From positions 25,152-89,151 of the forward strand of contig CAKZQS010000043.1 of assembly GCA_937141935.1 (NCBI GenBank): a stretch of DNA of 64,000 nucleotides, read 5' to 3'. Below are positions 45,001 through 52,912 of this stretch, piece after piece (the first letter of the stretch is position 1; each line of letters begins with the position of its first letter). Position numbers and translations under genes: made by a program. The notes below the pieces were generated by a model that saw nothing but the letters and a program-made list of their open reading frames with translations, had not been told where the DNA came from and searched no databases. Origin of the DNA: an uncultured Ectothiorhodospiraceae bacterium. GTDB lineage: Bacteria; Pseudomonadota; Gammaproteobacteria; Nevskiales; Oceanococcaceae.

Positions 45001-47852
45001 CTGATCCGGGCAAACTTGCGGCGCACCGCGGCCTCGTTGCGGCCCAGGTCTTCGGTCAGCGTGATGTTTTCCAGCGCCGGCGCGATGCGGTAATCGGCGA
45101 GCAGCAGCGGCAGGTAGCGCGGCTCGTAGAGGCGCGTGTAGCGCAGGATCAGGTCCCAGTCGACCAGCCGGCGCAGCCCGGTGTCGAAGCCGCCCAGCTG
45201 GGCATGCACGCGACGCCGGTGGCTGAAGATGTTCAGGTCGATGTAGTTCTGCGCGCGCAGGTCCTGCCAGTCGAAGTCGCGGCCGCGCTCGAAGCGCCGC
45301 CCGCGCGCCTGGTCATCGACCCGCAGCGCCGCATAACAGGTCTGCAGCAGCGGGTCTTCGATGTAGGCGGCGGCGACATGCAGCAGGTAGTCGGGGTGCC
45401 AGCGGTTGTCGGAGTCCAGGTAGGCGATGCAATCGCCTGTGGCGGCCTCCAGCCCGCTGTTGCGGGCGGCGCTGACGCCGGCATGTGGCAGCGCCAGCAG
45501 GCGCAGCTGCCCGCTCTGGACTAGCTCGGGGTAGCGCGCGCGGACCCGCGCCAGCGTGTCGTCTTCGCTGCCGTCATCGCAAAGCAGCAGCTCCCAGTGC
45601 GGGTAGCTCTGCGCCTGGACCGAGGCGATGGCCTCCAGCACCGGTTCCGCGCGGTTCCAGGTGGGCATCACCACCGAGAAGCGCGGCGCGGAGGCCCCGC
45701 TCACCGCGGCCAGCGCGGCCTGGCGCTCCGCCGCGCTGGGCACTTGTGGAGGTGCCGAATCAACCCGTGGCCGGCGCGGCGGCCTGCGGCCGGCTGCGCT
45801 GGCCAATGCCGGCGGGCCCGCCTCCGCGCCCAATGGCGGGCGGCGATCCGCCGGCCGGCTAAGCCAATGCCGCAGCGCGGCGGTGGGCTCCGTGGGCAGC
45901 TCCGGCTGCCGCTGCGCGTAGGCGCGGGCGTCGAAGTGCGGGTGCGGCGCCAGCCCGGCCGCGGCGCCCTGCGTCAGCCAATGGGCGAAGGCGTCGGCCT
46001 GGGGGTCCAGCCCCGGGCAGCGCTCCCGATACCAGCCCGCATCGAAGCCCGGGTTGGGCGCGCGACCCTCCGCCGCGCCGTGGCAGAGGTAATGCCACAG
46101 CGGGTCCAGGCCGCCGGCCTCGACGTCCGGGTAGCGCTGCAGGTACCAGGCCGCATCGAACCACGGGCTCGGCGCCTTCGCGGCCAGCGGTGCGACGCGC
46201 CGGTAGTCCGCCAGGGCCTGCGCGGGAGCCAGCTCGTCGCTGCCGGCGAGGTAGAACTCGGGCTCGAAATAGGGATTCGGTCTCCGACCCTCCGCCGCGC
46301 CGTAGGCGCAGTAGTGGGCCCAGGCGCCGAGCCCTGCCGCGGCGACATCGGGGTGCGCGTGGAGGTACCAGGCGGGCTGAAAATAGGGGCTGGGCTGCCG
46401 GCCCTCGGCCTCGCCATGCTCCAGGTAGTGCCACAGCGGCTGCACCCCGGCCTGGGCGACGTCGGGGTAGGCCCGCAGGTACCAGTCCAGCGCGAAGCCC
46501 GGATGCGGCGCCTGGCCTTGGCGCCAGCCCTGCGCCAGCCAGTGCAGGGCCAACGCCAGCGGGCGACCCCGCAGCTTGTATTCGGTCGCGTACCAAGAGG
46601 CATCAAACAGGCGCTCGCGCAGCAGCCTGCGCGCCTGGCGCAGATGCGCCGCATGGCGGCCCAGCCGCACCGGGCGTGCGCCGTTGACATTCGGGATCGT
46701 AGCGGCGCGCAGCTGCCGCGCCGCCTGCGCCCGCGCGAGCCGCAGCTGCGTCTCGCGACGCTGCAGCTGCGCCGCCACCTGCGCGTGCTCCTGGCGGCTC
46801 TGCGCATGCGCGGCCTGCTCCGCGTCGAGCTGCGTCTGCAACTGGCGCTCGCGCGCCTGCAGCGCCTGGACCTGGGCGCGGTCCCGCGCCAGATCCTGTT
46901 CCAGGGCCTGCTGCCGCGCGTGCGCCTGCTGCGCCTCGCTGCGCGCCTGCGTGCGCTCCGCGTCCGCCTGCGCCCGGCGCTCGTCGAGCAGCGGTACCCA
47001 CAGCTCGGCGGCTCGGGCCACCTCGCCGGCGATGCGCTCCAGGGCGGCCTGGGCGTCGGCCGCCGCGGCCGGATCCTCGGCGGCGCACAGCCGCGCCAGC
47101 GCCGTGTCCGTGTCCTGCACCCAGCCGCGGGTCAGCGCCTGCCGGGTGAGGCTCTCCGCTTCCGTCTGGTGATGGCGCTCGTCGGCGCGCAGGAAGGCCT
47201 CGATGTCCGCCGCAGCCACTTCCGCCGTGCGCGGCCACTGCAGCCCTGTTCGGCTGCCGATGCGCGCGACGGCCGACTGCCAGTCGTCCAGCAGGGCGGT
47301 ATAGGGGAGCAAGACGCGCGGCAGCTCGCGGCTGTCGTGTTCGGCGTCCAGCACATAGCGCAACCACAGCAGCAGCGACTGCGCCGCGCTGAAGCCGTCG
47401 CGCGCCTGCAGCGAGGCGGCGACCTCCAGCGGGTTGCGGGTGATCAGCACGCCGCGCAGGTCGATGTCCAGCGTGGCGAAAATCGGCTGCCAGAAGGGCA
47501 GCAGGCGGCTGAGCCGGGGCTCCTTGAGCACGCCCAGCGGCGCCTCGCCGAAATCCGCCTGCAGCTGCTCGCGCGCCCGGGCGCCGAGCTCGCCCTCGGC
47601 CAGCTCCCGGAGGGCCGTCGGATCGAGCGGGCGCCAGTCATCCCAGCGGCTGCCCATCGCCTGCAGAACGGCATCGTTGAGCCGGTACAGGCTCTGCGGC
47701 TCCCAGAAGCCCAGCGCGTTGTTGCCTTCGACCGGGGGCATCAATTGCGCGGGGAGCTGCGCGCCGAGCAGGTTCAGCACCCGGGTCAGGGCCGAGGTGC
47801 CGCTGCGGTGCATGCCGAGGACCAGCAGAAGAGTCTGTCGCGTCTGCGCCAT
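42048..47852 (-). CDS. Giant multidomain glycan-assembly enzyme: sulfotransferase, coiled coil, 7 tandem repeats, GT2, GT4, GT2, Zn-ribbons, SAM methyltransferase
   Basis: 1934 aa. aa 1-230: sulfotransferase (GMHRSGTSAL, TRNPLEVAAS). aa ~285-385: Q/A/R-rich heptad-like coiled coil. aa 417-672: ~37-aa repeats (WYLxxYPDVxxAGxxPLxHYLxHGAAEGRxPNPxF). aa ~724-950: GT2 (FSVVMPTWNRAEPVLEAIASVQAQSY, LLCDDGSEDD, YLDSDN). aa ~958-1305: GT4 (GDRDGLPTVLLEAMAAGVPVL). aa ~1314-1545: GT2-like (IFMVTFHRE, TIVDNASD). CxxC...CxxC at aa 1567-1590 and 1712-1741. C-terminal MTase motif LVICNHVLEHVPDD. Confidence 0.85.
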   Translation of the reverse strand: MAQTRQTLLLVLGMHRSGTSALTRVLNLLGAQLPAQLMPPVEGNNALGFWEPQSLYRLNDAVLQAMGSRWDDWRPLDPTALRELAEGELGARAREQLQADFGEAPLGVLKEPRLSRLLPFWQPIFATLDIDLRGVLITRNPLEVAASLQARDGFSAAQSLLLWLRYVLDAEHDSRELPRVLLPYTALLDDWQSAVARIGSRTGLQWPRTAEVAAADIEAFLRADERHHQTEAESLTRQALTRGWVQDTDTALARLCAAEDPAAAADAQAALERIAGEVARAAELWVPLLDERRAQADAERTQARSEAQQAHARQQALEQDLARDRAQVQALQARERQLQTQLDAEQAAHAQSRQEHAQVAAQLQRRETQLRLARAQAARQLRAATIPNVNGARPVRLGRHAAHLRQARRLLRERLFDASWYATEYKLRGRPLALALHWLAQGWRQGQAPHPGFALDWYLRAYPDVAQAGVQPLWHYLEHGEAEGRQPSPYFQPAWYLHAHPDVAAAGLGAWAHYCAYGAAEGRRPNPYFEPEFYLAGSDELAPAQALADYRRVAPLAAKAPSPWFDAAWYLQRYPDVEAGGLDPLWHYLCHGAAEGRAPNPGFDAGWYRERCPGLDPQADAFAHWLTQGAAAGLAPHPHFDARAYAQRQPELPTEPTAALRHWLSRPADRRPPLGAEAGPPALASAAGRRPPRRPRVDSAPPQVPSAAERQAALAAVSGASAPRFSVVMPTWNRAEPVLEAIASVQAQSYPHWELLLCDDGSEDDTLARVRARYPELVQSGQLRLLALPHAGVSAARNSGLEAATGDCIAYLDSDNRWHPDYLLHVAAAYIEDPLLQTCYAALRVDDQARGRRFERGRDFDWQDLRAQNYIDLNIFSHRRRVHAQLGGFDTGLRRLVDWDLILRYTRLYEPRYLPLLLADYRIAPALENITLTEDLGRNEAAVRRKFARISVEDPAALRLAYVIWDWPALSQTFVMEELRELLRRGIDVRVYYSQPPDRAAQDLPAVVATRVADAEDLAARLRADERTWVHGHFAYPGGTLLLWPAAEACGLPFSLMPHAVDIFHHANRQRNRIAEIAASPYCAGILVHGPHHRDFLQSQGVPAERCIYTPQAVSLAPTPPTAARKDGDGPRRILCATRLVEKKGVQLLLEALAQLPAEAAELQIAGYGPLEAKLRARSHELGVAERVHFSGGYEGAAELQALLAQADVFCLPCIEAENGDRDGLPTVLLEAMAAGVPVLTTAVSAIPDYLSDGIQAFVSAAEPAALAAGLRDVLQLPAAQRQAISAQGQAWCQREFGSARPVDTLLDLALAPPLDIFMVTFHREGYGNWEATERAIDSVRAHTQTPFRLTIVDNASDADFLERLEAHIAADDRIRLLALPENRYCGPASNLALERARSEFIIYVCSNEGLILHAGWERKLLHHMRREPDIALGGQLVASPAWPDGRAYSEQSWFADFRAQDFARAHPEREFRHVQGGLFVLRRSVYEEHGGFSPQRPQALMDVEYSYYLESQSLRLGELPGLAALSNKTRPGLDSFVDEGTLAAHPVFEETLPLLAHCQGDNAARCNLCGWTGEIARAADRISFDCPDCGSRPFDRAVYRQLATSALHHRGLRLDPRGLGARARAVLGERMFALVADGAAADVRAEAQLRGAPSRVLGLPPHLLRPAAAPEPVAGAGSAPRGAEAGENAASNPGTPQPDAAADTATAASACNICGHREFGPGPGGRRAVGGEAWPRCTRCQSLERHRAFRQAFLDIGEAELAGRNPALQFSADPAVPREWFAGLEVSQYGGDNSLDLMQIDRADGAYQLVICNHVLEHVPDDRSALQELGRITAAEGLVFLSFPDPLRRETTVDWGYADESRHGHYRHYGRDVYALLREALPEMHILNAVGTDPATGCAEMYFLLTRQAQRARHWLQALPSAQRIHEPALSEA
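45837..46604 (-). repeat. Seven tandem ~37-aa coding repeats inside the giant enzyme
   Basis: Aligned by eye: DWYLRAYPDVAQAGVQPLWHYLEHGEAEGRQPSPYF / AWYLHAHPDVAAAGLGAWAHYCAYGAAEGRRPNPYF / AWYLQRYPDVEAGGLDPLWHYLCHGAAEGRAPNPGF, plus four more degenerate copies. Confidence 0.75.
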
Positions 47853-47853
47853 C

Positions 47854-48768
47854 TCAGCCTCCCGCGGGCAACGCCATCAGGCGTCGCGCGGCGGCAGGCA
47901 GGCGGCCCAGGTAAACGGGGTCGCGCCACATCACCCGGTGCTCCTCACCGCGCAGTTCCCGGTACTCGTCGCGAAAGTCCTGCATCGGCCGCTCCTCGGC
48001 CGGGACGTTGGTCGAGACCCCGCCATGGAACTGGTGGAAGGTGGCCTCGCCGAGCAGCATCACGGGTGTGAGTTCGGGGTGCATGACCAGGCGGTTGTGG
48101 ATGTCGAGGTTGACGAAGCCGCCGCCGATGGTGCGAAAGCCGGGGTCGAAGCCGCCCAGCGCGTCGAGCAGGCCGCGCGGGGCGGCGAAGCAGTTGCTTT
48201 CGGCCAGGCTGCCCAGGAAACCATCCCGCGAGGAGCCGGCCAGGCTGCTGATGGCAAAGAGTTTGTAACCGTCCTCGCGCCAGCCGCTGCGCTTGAGCAG
48301 CCCGTCCTCGACCTCCTGGCAGTAGCCCTCGAGCATCGACAGGTTCTGGCGCTTGGGGCCGAGGTGCATGCCCAGCGTCATCACGTAGGCGGGCGCGAAG
48401 GCGGACAGCGCCTTCAGCAGGTAATGCAGCATCCCCGGCGAGGGAATGCGCGCGCCGTCGATCACGCAGGCCACGTGCTCGCCACGCGCGGCCGCGATGC
48501 CGGCATTCATGGCCGCGACGGGCGTCGGGTCCGCAGAGGGCACGAACTGGTAGCGAAACCCGGGCTGCAGCGCCTCGATGGCGGCCCCATCGAGCGGCTC
48601 GCGCGAGTTGCTGTCCATCGCCAGAACTTCATAGTCCTGCGCGCTGACGCCTTGCTGGAAGGCGGTGCTGAAGGCCCACAGCGTGCGCCGCGCTTCGCGG
48701 CGCATGTTGTGAAAGACCACGACGACCGACAGCTTCGGTCGCGGCGCGCGTTTAAGACCCCAGGGCAT
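47854..48768 (-). CDS. GT-A fold glycosyltransferase-like protein (GT2-like)
   Basis: ATG 48768 (MPWGLKRAPRPKLSVVVVFHNMRREARRTL). The stop lies 1 nt before the giant gene start. Confidence 0.6.
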   Translation of the reverse strand: MPWGLKRAPRPKLSVVVVFHNMRREARRTLWAFSTAFQQGVSAQDYEVLAMDSNSREPLDGAAIEALQPGFRYQFVPSADPTPVAAMNAGIAAARGEHVACVIDGARIPSPGMLHYLLKALSAFAPAYVMTLGMHLGPKRQNLSMLEGYCQEVEDGLLKRSGWREDGYKLFAISSLAGSSRDGFLGSLAESNCFAAPRGLLDALGGFDPGFRTIGGGFVNLDIHNRLVMHPELTPVMLLGEATFHQFHGGVSTNVPAEERPMQDFRDEYRELRGEEHRVMWRDPVYLGRLPAAARRLMALPAGG

Positions 48769-49492
48769 GCCCGTGCTCCTCCAGTGCCGCGAAAACGCGC
48801 ATGCTGGCTGCGTCGACGGCGATCGGTTCGGCATCGTCGTGGTTGCGCAGCTCCGGTTGAAAGAAGTCCGCGGCCGCGGGTTCCAGGCCCAGGTGTTGCA
48901 GCAAGCCGACCAGATCCGCGCGGTAGGCCTCGGGTGCCTGATCAAAGCGGATCAGCGGCACCGCATATCGCCGCGCGAGCGTGAGCAGGCGCTGGTTGTA
49001 CTCGCGCCACAGCGCCAGTCCGCGCGCGTGACTGAAGCGGTTGCGGTGCGCGAGCGAGCGGGCCACCGCCGCCGGGTGCCGGTAGGTGCCGGCGAATTTC
49101 CAGGCGGGAACGGCCTCCTGCCAGAAGGGCAGGGTGAACACGGTGCGTGGGTCCTTGAAGCCCCAGGGGCCCTGCGCGGGCACCAATTCCTCCAGCACGG
49201 CCGCGCGCTCGGCGCGCAGCGCCGGGCCCCAGTGCAGCGCCAGCGCGGGGTTATCCCAGCGGCCGCCATTGGCCGCCAGCACGGCGTCATTGAGGGCCAT
49301 GACGCGCGGGTGCTCGCGGTTGCCGCGGCGGTTGAAGGGGTTGGCGGTATGCACATCACCCAGGTGCAGGCCCGCCTGTTGCAGGCTGCCGGCAAGACAA
49401 CTGGTGCCGCTGCGATGCATGCCCAAAACGCAGATGCAGCTCACGTTATTAATAAGGCGTCCCTGGACCCGAATTAGCTGGCGCAAATGCAA
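48752..49492 (-). CDS. Sulfotransferase (paralog of the N-terminal domain of the giant enzyme)
   Basis: Motifs GMHRSGTSCL, ALNDAVLAANGGRWDNP (compare LNDAVLQAMGSRWDDW in the giant protein), YRHPAAVARS. The start is uncertain: TTG 49492 or GTG 49444. Confidence 0.75.
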   Translation of the reverse strand: MHLRQLIRVQGRLINNVSCICVLGMHRSGTSCLAGSLQQAGLHLGDVHTANPFNRRGNREHPRVMALNDAVLAANGGRWDNPALALHWGPALRAERAAVLEELVPAQGPWGFKDPRTVFTLPFWQEAVPAWKFAGTYRHPAAVARSLAHRNRFSHARGLALWREYNQRLLTLARRYAVPLIRFDQAPEAYRADLVGLLQHLGLEPAAADFFQPELRNHDDAEPIAVDAASMRVFAALEEHGHALGS

Positions 49493-49665
49493 TTGTCGCT
49501 CAGCCGGAGGCCCGGCGGGGGTTCACAGCTTTGTAAAGCCCGTGCAATATGCTGCCCCGGCGCTGCGCACAGCAGACGGCGTGGGGCTAAAATGCCATGG
49601 CCAGACAATGACGGGAGGACGCGATCTTTTGTGGCAGGAGCAGATTCTGTTGTGTAAAGTTTGCG

Positions 49666-49694
49666 TTGATGCGTGGTAGAGAGGGTGTTAGCAT
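49666..49694 (+). promoter_or_regulatory. Candidate sigma70-type promoter for 49798..51750
   Basis: TTGATG - 17 nt - TAGCAT in an AT-enriched intergenic region. It would give a ~100-nt leader. AGAGG lies 8 nt before the ATG. Identified by eye only. Confidence 0.35.
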
Positions 49695-49797
49695 TCTTTC
49701 GACTTTCCTTTCGCTGCGGCATCTCCCTGGTCCACGGGGTGGGGTCGTCAGGGAAGTGGTTTGGCTTGGGTAAACTTTCTTTCTAGAGGTTGCGTTT

Positions 49798-51750
49798 ATG
49801 AAAATGTTTCGTGGTGCCGCGGTTGCCACAGCCATCGCAGGGTCGATGCTGTCGGTCAACGCTCACGCGGTTAACCTGGCTACGGACGGGGTTGGCGAAG
49901 TCGCCATCGCGCCGTACTACACCGTTCGTGACGGTTGGTCGACGCTGATCAACCTGACCAACACTCAGAATGTTCCGGTCATCGTGCAGGTTCGCTTCCA
50001 CGAAGCGCTCAACAGCCGCGACGTTCTTGACTTCCGCGTGGCCCTGTCGGCCTTCGACGTCTTCACCGGTGTTGTCCGTGAAGCCGAAGATGGTTCCGGC
50101 CCGGTCTTCGTGCCGACCGATGCGCCGAATGATGACGGCGACTACACCTGCACGATCCCCAGCGTGGTTGCCACGCCGGGTCGTGAGCAGCCGCTGAGCA
50201 TCGGTGGCTTCCAGGGTCCGACCAACGGCGACGACGACGAAGGCCCGCTGGGCGTGGATCGTCTGCGTGAGGGCTACATCGAGTTCATCGTCGGCGGTTA
50301 CGCCGAAGATAACGGTGGTGCCGTTCGCGCTGCCGGTACGGACATCGTCAACGTTGGCGCCGCCATCGAAGACCATGACTGTGCCGCTCTGGACATCGCG
50401 TTCAACGACATCAACAACCCGAACACCGGCGACCAGCGCATTCTGGAAACCGCTCGTCAGGTTGGTGAGCCGATCAACGCGCTGAAGTTCAACTTCCGCC
50501 TGCTCAACCCTGAGCGTGGTGTCGAGGCCGGTAACGCCGCCACGACGTGGGCGAACTTCTTCAACCCGGGCGAAGTCATCGCTGCGATCCAGGACGCGGG
50601 TCCGGATGGCGTGGCCGGCACGGCTGACGACAACGTCGTTGAGCCCGCCGACAACGCGACCTGCGACATCACCCGTGGTGTTGAGCGTATCGATTCGGCT
50701 GATGCCGGCCTGACGCCGCGTGGCACGCAGGACTGGGTGCCGGGCGACGCGACGCTGACCAGCTGCCAGAACCTGATCACCGCCCAGCGCGAGTATCAGT
50801 TCCTGGAGCCCAGCCTGAACGACGCCTTCCCGGTTGTTGCCAACTGGTGGGATGACGCCTACAACTCGGCCGTGACCGCGGTTCCGACCTACGTCAACCC
50901 GACCACGGGTGACACGGTTGAGACCCTGGGCGTGCTGGCCTTCGATCCGACCCCGGCTGCCCGTGGTGTGGATGCGATGTCCGCCACGATCCAGCGTTCG
51001 GTGGTGTTCAACGAGTGGTCGAACAACGACGCCTTCGGCGTTTCGACCGACTGGGTTGTCACGCAGCCGACCAAGGGCTTCTACGTCGACATCGACCTGA
51101 CCGGCACCAACATCACGACCAACGGCCTGCAGTCCGCTCTGAACTCCGAGCGCCTGGAAGCCCTGGTGGACTTCGACGGTGACGGCACCTTCGAAGAAGC
51201 TGATGTGCCCTACGCTCCGTACCAGAGCGCCTGGGAAGAGTCGGCCGCTGGTGCCCAGGACGCCCGTTCCTGCAACGAGGTTTCCTTCACCTTCTACGAC
51301 CGCGCCGAGCAGACGGGCCAAGCCCCGACCGGTGGTGTCATCGTGTCGCCGGCGCCGCCGGTCACGGTTGAGACCGACGAGCTGTGCTACGAGGCCAACG
51401 TTGTGACCTTCAACGGCATGACGACCTTCTCGGATGCCGGTGGTATTGCCGCTCTGAACCGTCTGAACATCGTCACCAACGACGCTGGCTCGGGTCTGCC
51501 CGATGCCGTCGCCGGCTGGATGCTGATGTCGCTGGACGACTTCGACGACGACAATGCCGGTACCGCTGGTGTTGAAACGGCCAGCCTGCCGGTTGACCTG
51601 ACGGGTTCGGCTGACGCTCGCGTCCAGGCCTTCACGGGTATCCGTGGCCTGCCGGTGATCGGCTTCACGCTGAAGGTCCGTAACTTCCAGGGCCCGCAGA
51701 CGAGCTTTGCGAGCACGCTGGATCACGGCTACTTCCGCGAGTTCGACTAA
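49798..51750 (+). CDS. Abundant-looking acidic secreted protein of unknown function (candidate surface/S-layer-type protein)
   Basis: 650 aa. Signal peptide MKMFRGAAVATAIAGSMLSVNAHA. Asp/Thr/Asn/Gly-rich with only a few Cys. Codon usage differs visibly from neighbours (CGT, GGT, GTT, TTC, ACC preferred over CGC/CGG, GGC, GTG). Followed by a strong terminator. Confidence 0.8.
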   Translation: MKMFRGAAVATAIAGSMLSVNAHAVNLATDGVGEVAIAPYYTVRDGWSTLINLTNTQNVPVIVQVRFHEALNSRDVLDFRVALSAFDVFTGVVREAEDGSGPVFVPTDAPNDDGDYTCTIPSVVATPGREQPLSIGGFQGPTNGDDDEGPLGVDRLREGYIEFIVGGYAEDNGGAVRAAGTDIVNVGAAIEDHDCAALDIAFNDINNPNTGDQRILETARQVGEPINALKFNFRLLNPERGVEAGNAATTWANFFNPGEVIAAIQDAGPDGVAGTADDNVVEPADNATCDITRGVERIDSADAGLTPRGTQDWVPGDATLTSCQNLITAQREYQFLEPSLNDAFPVVANWWDDAYNSAVTAVPTYVNPTTGDTVETLGVLAFDPTPAARGVDAMSATIQRSVVFNEWSNNDAFGVSTDWVVTQPTKGFYVDIDLTGTNITTNGLQSALNSERLEALVDFDGDGTFEEADVPYAPYQSAWEESAAGAQDARSCNEVSFTFYDRAEQTGQAPTGGVIVSPAPPVTVETDELCYEANVVTFNGMTTFSDAGGIAALNRLNIVTNDAGSGLPDAVAGWMLMSLDDFDDDNAGTAGVETASLPVDLTGSADARVQAFTGIRGLPVIGFTLKVRNFQGPQTSFASTLDHGYFREFD

Positions 51751-51792
51751 GGTCTGACTCCACCCCCTCCTCGCGAGGGCGGTTAAAATACG

Positions 51793-51828
51793 GCGCCGGC
51801 GGTGATACACCGCCGGCGCTTTTTTTTT
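51793..51828 (+). terminator. Strong intrinsic terminator
   Basis: GCGCCGGCGG-tgataca-CCGCCGGCGC forms a 10-bp GC stem, followed by T9. Confidence 0.9.
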
Positions 51829-51850
51829 GGGGTTGAGGAACCACGACCGC

Positions 51851-52909
51851 ATGCGAACGACCACTTTGATCACCACGCTGCTCGCGCTGCTGCTGGCCGC
51901 CTGCGGTAGCGATGAGACCGCCCCGCGCGCGCAGGATGCGCGCACGCAGGACGCCGAGGCCATCTCCCACAGCGACCCGATGAGCGGGCGCCAGCTGAGC
52001 GCCGAGGATTACCGCAGCTATCTGGACGCGCGCGGCGTCGCCGAGCTGGCCTTTCTGGCCAAGCGCCCGGAGAACCAGATGGACCTGGTGCTGGACTACC
52101 ACTCCAATGTGGTGCTGGCCGAGCACGCCCGCGAACTCAAGCTGTATGAGGACCCGCGCGTGCGTGAGCTAATGGCCCAGGCCGAGCGCAAGGTGCTGCT
52201 GGCGGCCCTGGCCGAGCATGTTCGCCAGCAGGTGCAGATGCCGGACGCGGAGCAGATCGACATGCTGGCCCGCGACCAGTACGACCGGGGCTCCGAAAAA
52301 TATGTGCGCCCGGAGCGGCGAATCGTTGCCCACATCCTGCTGAACAAAAACTCCTGCACGCTGGAGGGCCAGACCCCGCAGGAGCTGGCCAAACAACTCA
52401 AGGCCGAGCTGGACGCCGGAGCCGATTTCGAGGCGCTGGTCCGTGAGCACAGCGCTGATGTCCAGACGCGCGAGAAGGGCGGCGTGATCGCCGCCCCCAT
52501 TCAGGAAGACGGCAAGACCGTGCGCGCCTTCGAGGAGGCGGTGTTTTCGATGGAAGTCGGGGACATCAGCGCGCCCGTGGGCACGCCATTTGGCATCCAC
52601 TTGATCAAGCTGGTTGAAGTGATTCCCTCGGAGCCCATTCCCTATACCGAGCTGGAAGAGACCCTGGTGCAACAGGAACGCCAGCGCGTGGTCAACAGCG
52701 CGCTGGAAGAAATGCGTGCCCAGGCCTACCCGGACCCCGAGGCCATTGATCTGGCCGCGCTGACGGCGGTAATCGAAGGGTTGGTGGAGCGCAAGCGTGC
52801 CGACCTCAGTGCCGAATCGGGACAGAGCGCGCAGCCGGAAGGGGCGGAGACGGACACGGGTACGGATATGGCGCCGGCCGAGGACAACTCGCCGGAAACG
52901 GAGCAATAA
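51851..52909 (+). CDS. Parvulin-type peptidyl-prolyl cis-trans isomerase lipoprotein (SurA/PrsA/EpsD-like)
   Basis: ATG 51851. Lipobox LLLAAC. PpiC-type core RIVAHILL ... FEALVREHSAD ... KGGVI ... FEEAVFSMEVGDISAPVGTPFGIHLIKL. Acidic C-terminal tail. Confidence 0.75.
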   Translation: MRTTTLITTLLALLLAACGSDETAPRAQDARTQDAEAISHSDPMSGRQLSAEDYRSYLDARGVAELAFLAKRPENQMDLVLDYHSNVVLAEHARELKLYEDPRVRELMAQAERKVLLAALAEHVRQQVQMPDAEQIDMLARDQYDRGSEKYVRPERRIVAHILLNKNSCTLEGQTPQELAKQLKAELDAGADFEALVREHSADVQTREKGGVIAAPIQEDGKTVRAFEEAVFSMEVGDISAPVGTPFGIHLIKLVEVIPSEPIPYTELEETLVQQERQRVVNSALEEMRAQAYPDPEAIDLAALTAVIEGLVERKRADLSAESGQSAQPEGAETDTGTDMAPAEDNSPETEQ

Positions 52910-52912
52910 GGC

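Noticed and set aside
43545-48071. Long plus-strand ORFs (43545..45524, 45597..48071) opposite the 1934-aa gene
   Set aside because: The translations are Arg/Gly/Pro/Ala-rich with no recognisable domains, while the minus-strand frame carries consecutive sulfotransferase/GT/MTase motifs.
49671-49679. ops/JUMPstart-like element (GCGTGGTAG) upstream of the secreted-protein gene
   Set aside because: It differs from the RfaH ops core GGCGGTAG at two positions. I found no better match upstream of the long glycan operons either, so I cannot support an ops call.
49783-51963. 726-aa minus-strand ORF opposite the acidic secreted-protein gene
   Set aside because: It runs through the strong plus-strand terminator and promoter region, and its translation is R/V/G-rich without motifs. 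The plus frame has a signal peptide, a Shine-Dalgarno and coherent codon bias.
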